Origin: Candidatus Velthaea sp. | Lineage (GTDB): Bacteria; Vulcanimicrobiota; Vulcanimicrobiia; Vulcanimicrobiales; Vulcanimicrobiaceae | Reading direction: 5' to 3' | NCBI GenBank assembly: GCA_050012475.1 | Contig: JBEKHC010000011.1 | Span: 1-64,000 of the forward strand | Length of the DNA stretch: 64,000 nucleotides | Program-made: the position numbers and the translations under genes | In this document: piece by piece, positions 28,532 through 37,083 of the stretch | How positions within the stretch are numbered: the stretch's first letter is position 1 | Layout: each line of letters opens with the position of its first letter | The notes under the pieces: generated by a model | What the model was told of the DNA's origin: nothing | The model's input: only the letters and a program-made list of their open reading frames with translations | Databases searched by the model: none

Positions 28532-29340
28532 TTTCGAAACGCGGCGGCGAACGCCGTCGCCGCACCCGCGCACGTCGCGGCGAAGTTGACCGCGTCGTTC
28601 GAGAAGCCGCGGATGCCGCGTACGAGCGCCGTCGGGGTGCCACAGACGTGCGGATCGGTTTCGCACGTTCGTTCGCAGACCGGACACCAGCGCAGCTCTT
28701 GCACCGTCGCGCCCAGCAGCGAGTCGGCGAACGCGCCGATGATGCCGCCCGCGACGATCGGCACGAACGCGGCCGAGCGGCCCAGCACAGCCGTCGTGCA
28801 GGCGCCGATCCAGACCGCGCCGGCGATCTCGGCGAGCGTGCCCCAGACCGTGATCCCGCCCGACAGACCCGGGGCGATGCGCCGGCCGGTCAGAATCGAG
28901 CGCGGCGCGCCGCGGGCGAGCGTTCCGATCTCCGTGCCCCACGTGTCGGCGGTTGCCGCCGCGTACGCGCCGGCGAACGCCGCGATCCAGGGGCGCGTTT
29001 CCTCGAACCGGTCGGGGGCGTGCAGCAGCAGGCCCGCGGCCACCGCGCAGACCGTCGCCGCTCCGCCGTTGGCGAGGACTTGCCAGGCGTCGCGCGCTCC
29101 GCCTTTGCCGATGTCGACCAGCAGTTTCTTGCGCTTGCGTCCGAACCGGCTCAGCAGCACCGAGGGCACGAAGAACGCCAACAAGACCACCGTGAACGGC
29201 CATCCGCCCGAACCGAAGGTGAGCGCGCCGACCGCGAACGCCGCGACCGCGCCGCCGCGGTCGAGCGTGCGCGCACGCCAGGCTGCGAAGGCCACGATCG
29301 CGGCGAACGCGGCGCCGGCGAGCAGCTGCGGAATGCTCAG
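28528..29340 (-). CDS. DUF92/TMEM19 family membrane protein
   Basis: RDAWQVLANGG, ADTWGTEIG, SGGIT..GT, DSLLGATVQ, NDAVN; start uncertain (a CTG overlaps the upstream TGA). Confidence 0.88.
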   Translation of the reverse strand: MSIPQLLAGAAFAAIVAFAAWRARTLDRGGAVAAFAVGALTFGSGGWPFTVVLLAFFVPSVLLSRFGRKRKKLLVDIGKGGARDAWQVLANGGAATVCAVAAGLLLHAPDRFEETRPWIAAFAGAYAAATADTWGTEIGTLARGAPRSILTGRRIAPGLSGGITVWGTLAEIAGAVWIGACTTAVLGRSAAFVPIVAGGIIGAFADSLLGATVQELRWCPVCERTCETDPHVCGTPTALVRGIRGFSNDAVNFAATCAGAATAFAAAFRN

Positions 29341-30839
29341 GCGAGAACGGCGCTGTCGAGCGCGCGCACGAGACCGTCGATCGTGAATTCGTCGGCGACG
29401 ACGGTGACGTTCAGGCCGGCCTGCCGGGCTGCCGCGGCGGTGATCGGCCCGATGCACGCGATCACCTTGCCCGCACAGGCGCTCCCGGCGTCGGGAACGT
29501 TGGCGAGGAAACCCGTGACGGTGCTGGCGCTGGTAAACGTAAGGATATCGGCTAACGCGGCTTTGGCCCCCAACTCCGCGTCGATGACCGTCTGCGTTTT
29601 ATAGGCCGCGATGTCGGCGACGACACGCCCCGCAGCGCGCAGCGCCTGCGGGAGCACGTCGCGCGCTTCCTGAGCCCGGAAGAGCAGAATCGCGTCACCC
29701 GGACGCGTCCGCTCGAGCATGCCGTCGGCGACGGCCTCGTTGACGAAGCGCGCCGGAACGAAGTCGGCGCGCACGCCGCGCTCCGCGAGGGCAGCAGCGG
29801 TTTGCGGGCCGATGGCCGCGACGTTGGCGTCGCCGATGGCGCGCGCGTCGCGGCCGCGTTCGGCCAAGCGGTCGAAAAAGGCCTCCACGCCGTTGCGGCT
29901 GGTGAAGATAACCCAGGCGTAGTCGCGCACGCGGTCGATCGCTGCGCGCGCGGCGAGCAGATCGTCGGGCGGCCCGATGGCAATGGTCGGCGCAACGATC
30001 GGTTCGGCCCCCAGCTCGACGAGCCGGGCACACACGTCGTCGGCTTGTGCCGCCGCGCGCGTGACGAGAACCCGTTTGCCGAACAGCGGGGTGTTGTCGA
30101 ACCACCGGATCGATTCGCGTTCGTTGACGACGTCGCCGACGACCACCACGGCAGGCGCGGCGAACCGGGTGCGCTCGACTTCGGCCACGATCGTATCGAG
30201 GGTGGCGACGAGCGTCTCTTGTGTCGGCTTGGTCCCTTCGCGCACGATGGCTACCGGTTTGTCGCCCGGCATCCCGTTCTTGCGCAGTTCATCCACGATT
30301 GCGCCGAGATTGGCCATTGCCATGAGAAAGACGATCGTTTGCGCCGGATTCGTCAGCTTCGCGAAATCGAGCGACGAGCTGCCGGTGCGCGGGTTTTCGT
30401 GCCCGGTCGAGATCGAGAACGAGGTGTTGCGGCCGCGGTAGGTGAGCGGGATGCCGGCGTAGGCGGGCACCGCGATCGCCGACGTGATGCCGGGGACGAT
30501 CTCGAACGGGACACCGGCGGCGCGCAGCGCCTGGGCCTCTTCGCCGCCGCGAGCGAAAACGAAGACGTCGCCCCCCTTGAGCCGCACGACTCGGCGGCCG
30601 GCGAGCCCGAGAGCCACGATCAGCCCGGTGATCTCGTTTTGCGCGACCGTGTGCGCTCCGGCTTTCTTGCCGACGTAGATTTTTTCACAGTCCGGCGGCG
30701 CCAAATCGACGATCGCTTCGGACGCCAAATAGTCGTACACCAGGGCGTCGCAGCGCGCGATCGCGCGGGCGCCCTTGACCGTTAGAAGGCCTGGATCACC
30801 CGGCCCCGCACCGACCAGCCAGACTTTCCCGACAGCCAA
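29337..30839 (-). CDS. cobA: Uroporphyrinogen-III C-methyltransferase / uroporphyrinogen-III synthase (CobA-HemD fusion)
   Basis: LVGAGPGDPGLLT, RLKGGD, VPGITS; HemD part PLFGKRVLVTR, FTSRNGV, ACIGPIT. Confidence 0.96.
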   Translation of the reverse strand: MAVGKVWLVGAGPGDPGLLTVKGARAIARCDALVYDYLASEAIVDLAPPDCEKIYVGKKAGAHTVAQNEITGLIVALGLAGRRVVRLKGGDVFVFARGGEEAQALRAAGVPFEIVPGITSAIAVPAYAGIPLTYRGRNTSFSISTGHENPRTGSSSLDFAKLTNPAQTIVFLMAMANLGAIVDELRKNGMPGDKPVAIVREGTKPTQETLVATLDTIVAEVERTRFAAPAVVVVGDVVNERESIRWFDNTPLFGKRVLVTRAAAQADDVCARLVELGAEPIVAPTIAIGPPDDLLAARAAIDRVRDYAWVIFTSRNGVEAFFDRLAERGRDARAIGDANVAAIGPQTAAALAERGVRADFVPARFVNEAVADGMLERTRPGDAILLFRAQEARDVLPQALRAAGRVVADIAAYKTQTVIDAELGAKAALADILTFTSASTVTGFLANVPDAGSACAGKVIACIGPITAAAARQAGLNVTVVADEFTIDGLVRALDSAVLA

Positions 30840-30841
30840 AC

Positions 30842-32170
30842 TTACTCCGCATGGTCGGCATCGATGGCGAGTATCGCCACCCCGGCTTCCTCGAGTTCCG
30901 CGCGCAAGTCGAACAACTCGTTGAGGATGAGCGCGTGGTTCATCGCCTCGACGTGATTCTCCGCGGCCTTGTCGCGGATCTTCACGACCGCGGTATGCAG
31001 CAGCTTGGAGATGATCGTGAGCGACATGCCCGTGACGAGCATGCGTTCGCGCGCGGTGAGGTCCGGGCAGCGCGAGAACAGCCGCTCGACTTCACCGTCG
31101 CGAATCGCTTCGGCCTTTTGCGTCAGCGAGCTGATGACGGGCACCGCGATGCGCGACTGATACCAGGAATGGAAGCGTTCGGTGTGCTCGGAGATGATCT
31201 CCTCGACGAGCGGGATCGCTTCGCGGCGGTGATCGAGGTTATCGTCGACGACATGCTGGAGCGCGTCGATGTCGACCAGATGAACGCCGGGGACCGACGC
31301 CACCTCGGGGTCGACGTCGCGCGGCACCGCGATGTCGATGATCGTGAGCGGGCGCGACAGCCGGGCCAGCATCGCTTCGGAAACGTTGCCGGGCGTGAGG
31401 ATGAAGTGCGAGGCACCGGTCGAGGTGATCACGATGTCGGCCGTTTCCATCGCCTGGACCAGACCGGGCATCTCGAGCGCGCGGCCGAGGCCGAGGTTGG
31501 CCACGATGCTGCTCGCCCGTTCGCGCGACCGGTTCATGACGCCGATCTCGGTCGCGCCTTCGAGTTTGAGCCGCTTTGCCGCCAACGAGCCCATCTTGCC
31601 GGCGCCGATGACGAGCACCGACTTCGATGTGAGCGATCCGACGTGAGACTTGGCGAAATCCACGGCCGCGGTCGCGATCGACGTCGATTCGTTGCCGATC
31701 GAGGTCTGGCTGCGGGCCGCCTTGCCGGCATTGAGCGCTTCACGGAACAGGGTGTGCAGCGTCTTGCCGAGCGAGCGCGCGCGCTGGGCCTGGATGTAGG
31801 CATCTTTGACTTGCCCGAGGATCTCGGCTTCGCCGATGAGCATCGAATCTAGGCCCGTGCTCACCCGGAAGAGATGATCGATTGCCTGGCTGCCCAGCAG
31901 CGTGTACATGTACGAATCCATGTCGCCGACGTCGCCGTGGCGGAAATTCGTCAGGAATTGTTTGAGCTGGCTGACCCCGAACTCGTAGTCTTCGAGTTCG
32001 GCGTAGATCTCGAGCCGATTGCAGGTGGCGACCATCACGGCTTCGCGCACGGCCTCATAGTCGCGCAGCGCAATGAGCGCCTCACCCATGCGGTGGGTCG
32101 GGAACGTATGGCGCTCCCGGACTTCGACCGGCGCCGTGTGGTGGCTGAGACCTAGGCAAACGAGCGGCAA
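30842..32170 (-). CDS. hemA: Glutamyl-tRNA reductase
   Basis: TCNRLE, GLDSMLIGEAEILGQVK, GAGKMG, DIAVPRD. Confidence 0.97.
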   Translation of the reverse strand: MPLVCLGLSHHTAPVEVRERHTFPTHRMGEALIALRDYEAVREAVMVATCNRLEIYAELEDYEFGVSQLKQFLTNFRHGDVGDMDSYMYTLLGSQAIDHLFRVSTGLDSMLIGEAEILGQVKDAYIQAQRARSLGKTLHTLFREALNAGKAARSQTSIGNESTSIATAAVDFAKSHVGSLTSKSVLVIGAGKMGSLAAKRLKLEGATEIGVMNRSRERASSIVANLGLGRALEMPGLVQAMETADIVITSTGASHFILTPGNVSEAMLARLSRPLTIIDIAVPRDVDPEVASVPGVHLVDIDALQHVVDDNLDHRREAIPLVEEIISEHTERFHSWYQSRIAVPVISSLTQKAEAIRDGEVERLFSRCPDLTARERMLVTGMSLTIISKLLHTAVVKIRDKAAENHVEAMNHALILNELFDLRAELEEAGVAILAIDADHAE

Positions 32171-32201
32171 GACGAACCTCCCCTACCGTTCTCGCCGGGC
32201 A

Positions 32202-33503
32202 TCACACCCGCGCTCCGGCGAACAGAACTGCCAGGGTATCATCGGCTGCGGCAATGGTTCGATCGATGTGTGTCTCCGAATGGGCGGTCGAGAGAAACCC
32301 GGCCTCAAATTGCGAAGGCGCCAAGTAAATGCCGCGGTCGAGCATGCCATGGAAGAACTTCCCATAGAATGTCACATCCGACATCTTAGCTGACGTGAGG
32401 TTGGTCACCGGACCGGGCGCAAAGAAAAACCCAAACATCGATCCTGCTCGTGTGGCCGTGTGCGGTACGCCATGTTTGACGAACACGTTCTCTAAACCAT
32501 CCATCAACCGCGAACCGATGCGCTCGAAGTGTTCGTAAACGGCATCGTCGCGCAGCGCCCGCAGCGTCGCGATCCCGGCGGCCATCGCCAACGGGTTCCC
32601 CGACAACGTACCCGCTTGGTACACCGGACCCTCGGGCGAGAGCGCCGCCATGATGTCGGCCCGGCCGCCGAATGCGCCCACGGGCAACCCGCCGCCGATG
32701 ACCTTGCCCAGGGTCGTGAGGTCGGGCCGAATGCCGTCACGGCCTTGAACGCCCCCGCGGCTGACCCGGAACCCCGTCATCACTTCATCAAAGATCAGCA
32801 GCGCGCCGTCGGCCTGCGTCAGCTCACGCAGGCCGGCGAGGAAGCCTGGCTGCGGCAGCACCAAGCCCATGTTGCCGACGACCGGCTCGACGATGACCGC
32901 GGCGATCTCGCCGGGGTGGGCCGCAAACGCGGCCGCGACGGCGGCCAAATCGTTGAATTCGACGACGATCGTGTCGGCGGCCACGGCGGCGGTGATCCCC
33001 GGCGAATCCGGGACGCCGTTGGTCAGGGCGCCGCTGCCCGCCGAGATCAGAAACGCGTCGCCGTGCCCGTGATAGCAGCCGGCGAATTTGATCAGCCGGG
33101 CGCGGCCGGTAAAGCCGCGCGCCAGCCGCAGGGCGCTCATCGTCGCCTCGGTGCCGCTCGAGCAGAACCGCACCTTTTCAATTGACGGGACCATCTCGAG
33201 CACCAGTTCGGCTAAATCGCTCTCGGCTTGGGTGGGAGCGCCGAAACTCGTCCCCAAGGTCGCCGCGCTTTGCACCGCGTCGACAATCGCCGGGTTGGCG
33301 TGCCCCAAAATCAGCGGCCCCCACGACAGCACGTAGTCGATGTACGTGTTGCCGTCGATGTCGGTGAACGTCGGTCCGCTGCCCGAGCCGACGAAGACCG
33401 GCGTGCCGCCGACCGAGCGAAACGCGCGCACGGGCGAATTGACGCCGCCGGGGATGACGCGTTTGGAGCGCTCGAAGGCCGAGACGGAGCGCGCGTGGTT
33501 CAT
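32202..33503 (-). CDS. hemL: Glutamate-1-semialdehyde 2,1-aminomutase
   Basis: PGGVNSPVRAF, SGTEATM, GCYHGH, FDEVMTGFR, GKVIGGG. Confidence 0.98.
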   Translation of the reverse strand: MNHARSVSAFERSKRVIPGGVNSPVRAFRSVGGTPVFVGSGSGPTFTDIDGNTYIDYVLSWGPLILGHANPAIVDAVQSAATLGTSFGAPTQAESDLAELVLEMVPSIEKVRFCSSGTEATMSALRLARGFTGRARLIKFAGCYHGHGDAFLISAGSGALTNGVPDSPGITAAVAADTIVVEFNDLAAVAAAFAAHPGEIAAVIVEPVVGNMGLVLPQPGFLAGLRELTQADGALLIFDEVMTGFRVSRGGVQGRDGIRPDLTTLGKVIGGGLPVGAFGGRADIMAALSPEGPVYQAGTLSGNPLAMAAGIATLRALRDDAVYEHFERIGSRLMDGLENVFVKHGVPHTATRAGSMFGFFFAPGPVTNLTSAKMSDVTFYGKFFHGMLDRGIYLAPSQFEAGFLSTAHSETHIDRTIAAADDTLAVLFAGARV

Positions 33504-34081
33504 GCGAGGACCTCGTGGATGGCGGCGTAGTCGGCCGGGGTGTTGACGTTGGCGAAGAGGCGCTCGTCTTCTTCCATGTCAATGTAATTCGTGGCCAACC
33601 CGTCGAGAACCAGGCGCAGTGCGCCCCGGCCGGCCAGCAGCGTGGGCGTTCCCGCCAGCAGGTACGGCTGGCGCTCGTAGATGGCGGCGAGCGGTTCGAT
33701 CTGGCCACCGTGGCGCGGGACCACCGCCTGATCGCCCGGCCGAAGCTGCTCGGCCAAGCGGTCGATGAAGGCGCCGGTGATGAATGGGGCGTCGCCGGCG
33801 ACGGCAAACACGTACCGGCTGCGCATTTGTGCCATCGTCGAGAGTATACCCGCCAGCGGCCCGCGCAGCGGCCAGCGGTCGACGACCATCGGACACGGGA
33901 GCAGCGCGTCGATTTCGGCGGGGAAGGTGGCCTTGCACGAAACGAATGTCTCGCGGCCGGCGCTCACGTTGCGAAAGACGCGCACGATCATCGGCAGGCG
34001 CCCGGCGTCGAGCTCGAGCTTGTTGGGCAGACGCGTTGCCTGCCCGCCGGCCAAAATCAGGACGCCGATGTCCGGTGGCAC
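33500..34081 (-). CDS. mobA: Molybdenum cofactor guanylyltransferase
   Basis: LILAGG..RL..K, GPLAGI, DAPF, EPLAAIY, NVNTPAD. Confidence 0.85.
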   Translation of the reverse strand: MPPDIGVLILAGGQATRLPNKLELDAGRLPMIVRVFRNVSAGRETFVSCKATFPAEIDALLPCPMVVDRWPLRGPLAGILSTMAQMRSRYVFAVAGDAPFITGAFIDRLAEQLRPGDQAVVPRHGGQIEPLAAIYERQPYLLAGTPTLLAGRGALRLVLDGLATNYIDMEEDERLFANVNTPADYAAIHEVLA

Positions 34082-34085
34082 GACT

Positions 34086-35075
34086 TCAACCCCGGCGCGC
34101 GAGGTAGTCTTTGGCGAAATAGGTGATGATGATGTCGGCGCCGGCCCGGGAGAAACCGGTGAGCAATTCATCGACGGCGCGCTCTTCGTCGATCCAGCCG
34201 CGTTCCGCCGCAGCTTTTAGCATCGAATACTCGCCGCTGACGTTGTAGCAGGCAACCGGAAGGTCGATCTGTTCGCGGGTCTGCCGGATCAAATCCAGGT
34301 ACGCCAGCGCCGGCTTGACCATCAAGATATCGGCGCCTTCGGCCACGTCGAGCCGCACCTCACGGAGGGCCTCCCGGCCGTTGGCGGGATCCATCTGGTA
34401 CGTCCGCCGGTCGCCGAACGCGGGCGTTGAATCGGCTGCTTCGCGAAACGGACCGTAGAACGCCGAGGCGAACTTCACGGCGTACGACATGATCGTGGTT
34501 CCGCTGAAGCCCTCGCCGTCGAGGGCGCGGCGGATCGCGCCGATCCGGCCGTCCATCATGTCCGACGGCGCCACGATGTCGACGCCCGCCTGCGCGTAGG
34601 TCACGGCGGTGCGCGCTAGGAGATCGAGCGTGCGGTCGTTGTCGACGTCACCGCGTTCGTCGAGGATGCCGCAGTGGCCGTGATCGGTATACTCGCAGTT
34701 GCACAGGTCGGCGATGACCAGCAGGTGCGGCAGCGTTTGTTTGATCGCGCGCGCCGCCGATTGAACGAGCCCGTTGGGATCGTAGTTGCCGCTCGCAACG
34801 GCGTCTTTCTCATCGGGGACGCCGAAGAGCAACACGGCCCGGACGCCGACGGCAGCCAGCTCGCGGCACTCCCGAACGGCGGCATCGATCGAGAAGCGTG
34901 ACACGCCCGGCATCGACCCGATCGGCACCTTCGCGTCGCGGCCGGGGATGATGAACAGCGGTTGGACGAGCCCATCGCGATTGACCCGGGTCTCTCGTAC
35001 GAGGGCCCGCATGGCCGGGCTCGAGCGCAGCCGGCGCGGCCGTTCGACGAGGGAAAGGCGTTCGGCGATGTTCAT
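34086..35075 (-). CDS. hemB: Porphobilinogen synthase (Zn-type)
   Basis: RPRRLR, CNCEYTDHGHCG, APSDMMDGR, FYGPFR, MVKP, YNVSGEY. Confidence 0.97.
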   Translation of the reverse strand: MNIAERLSLVERPRRLRSSPAMRALVRETRVNRDGLVQPLFIIPGRDAKVPIGSMPGVSRFSIDAAVRECRELAAVGVRAVLLFGVPDEKDAVASGNYDPNGLVQSAARAIKQTLPHLLVIADLCNCEYTDHGHCGILDERGDVDNDRTLDLLARTAVTYAQAGVDIVAPSDMMDGRIGAIRRALDGEGFSGTTIMSYAVKFASAFYGPFREAADSTPAFGDRRTYQMDPANGREALREVRLDVAEGADILMVKPALAYLDLIRQTREQIDLPVACYNVSGEYSMLKAAAERGWIDEERAVDELLTGFSRAGADIIITYFAKDYLARRG

Positions 35076-37018
35076 GATCCGTTCTCCAAAAGATAACGCG
35101 TGACGGTTTGGACGAAATCGCCCACCTCTGCAGTCAGCGCGACGACGTCGGGCGGAAAGCCGCAGGCATCGGCGCTGGTCGATGAAGCGCCGCCCATCGC
35201 CGCGACGAGCGGGCGGCGGCCGGTCGCGCGCAGACCGGCGAGATACTCGGTAATCGCGCCGACCGAACCCGAGGACGGAAACAAGATCGCCGTCGGCAGC
35301 CGATCCCCCAATGCCGCCTGGGCGGCCTGGGAGTCGGCGGCTTCGATCACTTCGGCGCCGGCGTCGCGCAGGGCCGGCGCGATGCGGCTGGGGCGATCCT
35401 GCGTGCGCGGCAGCAGCAGCAGCCGTCCGGCCAGCGGCGTCGCGGCGGCGTCGCCGGCCAGAATCACCGCTCCGCCGGCGGCCAGCAGTTCGTTGCCCAG
35501 GGCCGCCCCCAGCGCCTCGGCCGCCGCCACGCTCGCGCCCCCGGGGTCCGCGAGTTCGAGAAACCGGGCGGCTCGCACGATCCGCGATCCGTCCAGCGCC
35601 GCGATCACGGCGGTCAGGCTGAGCACACCGCCCGCGTAGGTCGCGTGCGCGCCGACCGGGGCCTGACAGCCGCCGCGCAAGGTGCGCAGGTACGCGCGTT
35701 CGGCGCGGACGCACAGGTTCGTGGCCGGATCGTTGAGGGCGGCGCCGATGCGCGCGGTAAGGGGGTCGTCCAGGCGCGTTTCGATCGCCAAGGCGCCTTG
35801 GCCGACGGCCGGCGTCAGCTGCGCCGGATCGAAGGGCACCGTGTGTGTCGCCGCAACGCCCAGCCGCCGCATCCCGGCGCTGGCCAAAATGATCGCGGCA
35901 TAGTCGCCCTCGCGCAGTTTGCGCAGCCGCGTATCGACGTTGCCCCGAATGTCCTCGTAGACCAGATCCGGGCGCAGTGCCTGCAGCTGTGCACGGCGCC
36001 GCGGGCTCGAGGTCCCGATCCGCGCGCCGGGCGGCACGGCTTCCAGGTTGGGATAGCGTTCGCTGCAGAAGGCGTCGCGCGGATCTTCGCGCGGCGTGAT
36101 CGCCGCGATCGTCAGGTCCGCGGGCAAAACGCTGGGGAGATCCTTGCACGAATGCACGGCGTAGTCGGCGCGCCGGTCGCGCAGCGCATTCTCGAGTTCT
36201 TTGACGAACAAGCTGTCGCCGCCGATGGCGGCCAGTGCGCGGTCCTGGACGGCATCTCCGCGGGTCGTGATGTTCAGAACGGTCGAAGCGATGCCGGCAG
36301 CCGCGAGCTGTGCCATCATCATGCGGGTTTGAACCATCGCCAAGGCGCTGGCGCGCGACGCGCAGACCAGCGTGTGCGGTTCGGCGGGGACGACGTTTGC
36401 GACCGTGTCGGCGGCGCGTTCCACTTCGTGCTCCATTTCGCTCGCCGGCATGCCCGCGAGATCGTCGATATCCCGTTCGCTAAAATGCTTCATCACTGCT
36501 GCCCGGCCGGGAAGCGGGACGACCGCTTGAACTCGCTCGCGCAGCCGGCCCAGCGTCGCGGCGGCGCGGGCGTAGCGGGTATCGAAGACCACGGCCAGCT
36601 CATCGCGGATGCGCTTGGTGAAACCCGGCGCGAGTCCGGCCGAGTCGACGCTGACCGTCAGCGCGCCCGAGCGGTGAATGGCCGGCGTGGTGAAGTCGCC
36701 GTTGGCCGCGTCGGCGGCATCGTTCACCAGCGCCCCCGCAGCGCGGGCCGCGGCGACGACCGCGGCGTTCACCCGCGGATCGCCGGTGGCCGCGATCGCG
36801 ATGAAGACCCGGTCGGCGTCGCCGGCCGCGAAGGGCCGCGCGATCCAGTGCAGGCTGCCGGCCTGCGCCAGGCGGCCGATCTCGGCGGTCACCGCCGGGC
36901 TGACCAGCGTCACCTTCGCGCCTGCGTCGAGCAGGCCGCGCAGTTTGCGTTCGGCGACTTTCCCGCCGCCGACGACGAGCGCCGGGCGGTCGCGCACGCA
37001 AAGAATGATCGGGTACAC
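35072..37018 (-). CDS. hemC: Fusion: precorrin-2 dehydrogenase/ferrochelatase (SirC/CysG-N) + hydroxymethylbilane synthase + HemD-like half domain
   Basis: VVGGGKVAERK..DFTTPA (SirC); SRASALA..Q, VHSCKD, GTSSPRR, RGNVDTR, GGCQAP (HemC); C-terminal ~120 aa resembles the second half of HemD. Confidence 0.9.
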   Translation of the reverse strand: MYPIILCVRDRPALVVGGGKVAERKLRGLLDAGAKVTLVSPAVTAEIGRLAQAGSLHWIARPFAAGDADRVFIAIAATGDPRVNAAVVAAARAAGALVNDAADAANGDFTTPAIHRSGALTVSVDSAGLAPGFTKRIRDELAVVFDTRYARAAATLGRLRERVQAVVPLPGRAAVMKHFSERDIDDLAGMPASEMEHEVERAADTVANVVPAEPHTLVCASRASALAMVQTRMMMAQLAAAGIASTVLNITTRGDAVQDRALAAIGGDSLFVKELENALRDRRADYAVHSCKDLPSVLPADLTIAAITPREDPRDAFCSERYPNLEAVPPGARIGTSSPRRRAQLQALRPDLVYEDIRGNVDTRLRKLREGDYAAIILASAGMRRLGVAATHTVPFDPAQLTPAVGQGALAIETRLDDPLTARIGAALNDPATNLCVRAERAYLRTLRGGCQAPVGAHATYAGGVLSLTAVIAALDGSRIVRAARFLELADPGGASVAAAEALGAALGNELLAAGGAVILAGDAAATPLAGRLLLLPRTQDRPSRIAPALRDAGAEVIEAADSQAAQAALGDRLPTAILFPSSGSVGAITEYLAGLRATGRRPLVAAMGGASSTSADACGFPPDVVALTAEVGDFVQTVTRYLLENGS

Positions 37019-37083
37019 GCGTCACTCGATTAGATGGCCGTTCCCGGGACTCCGTGCGCGCGGTGACTAAACGGGAATATTCG

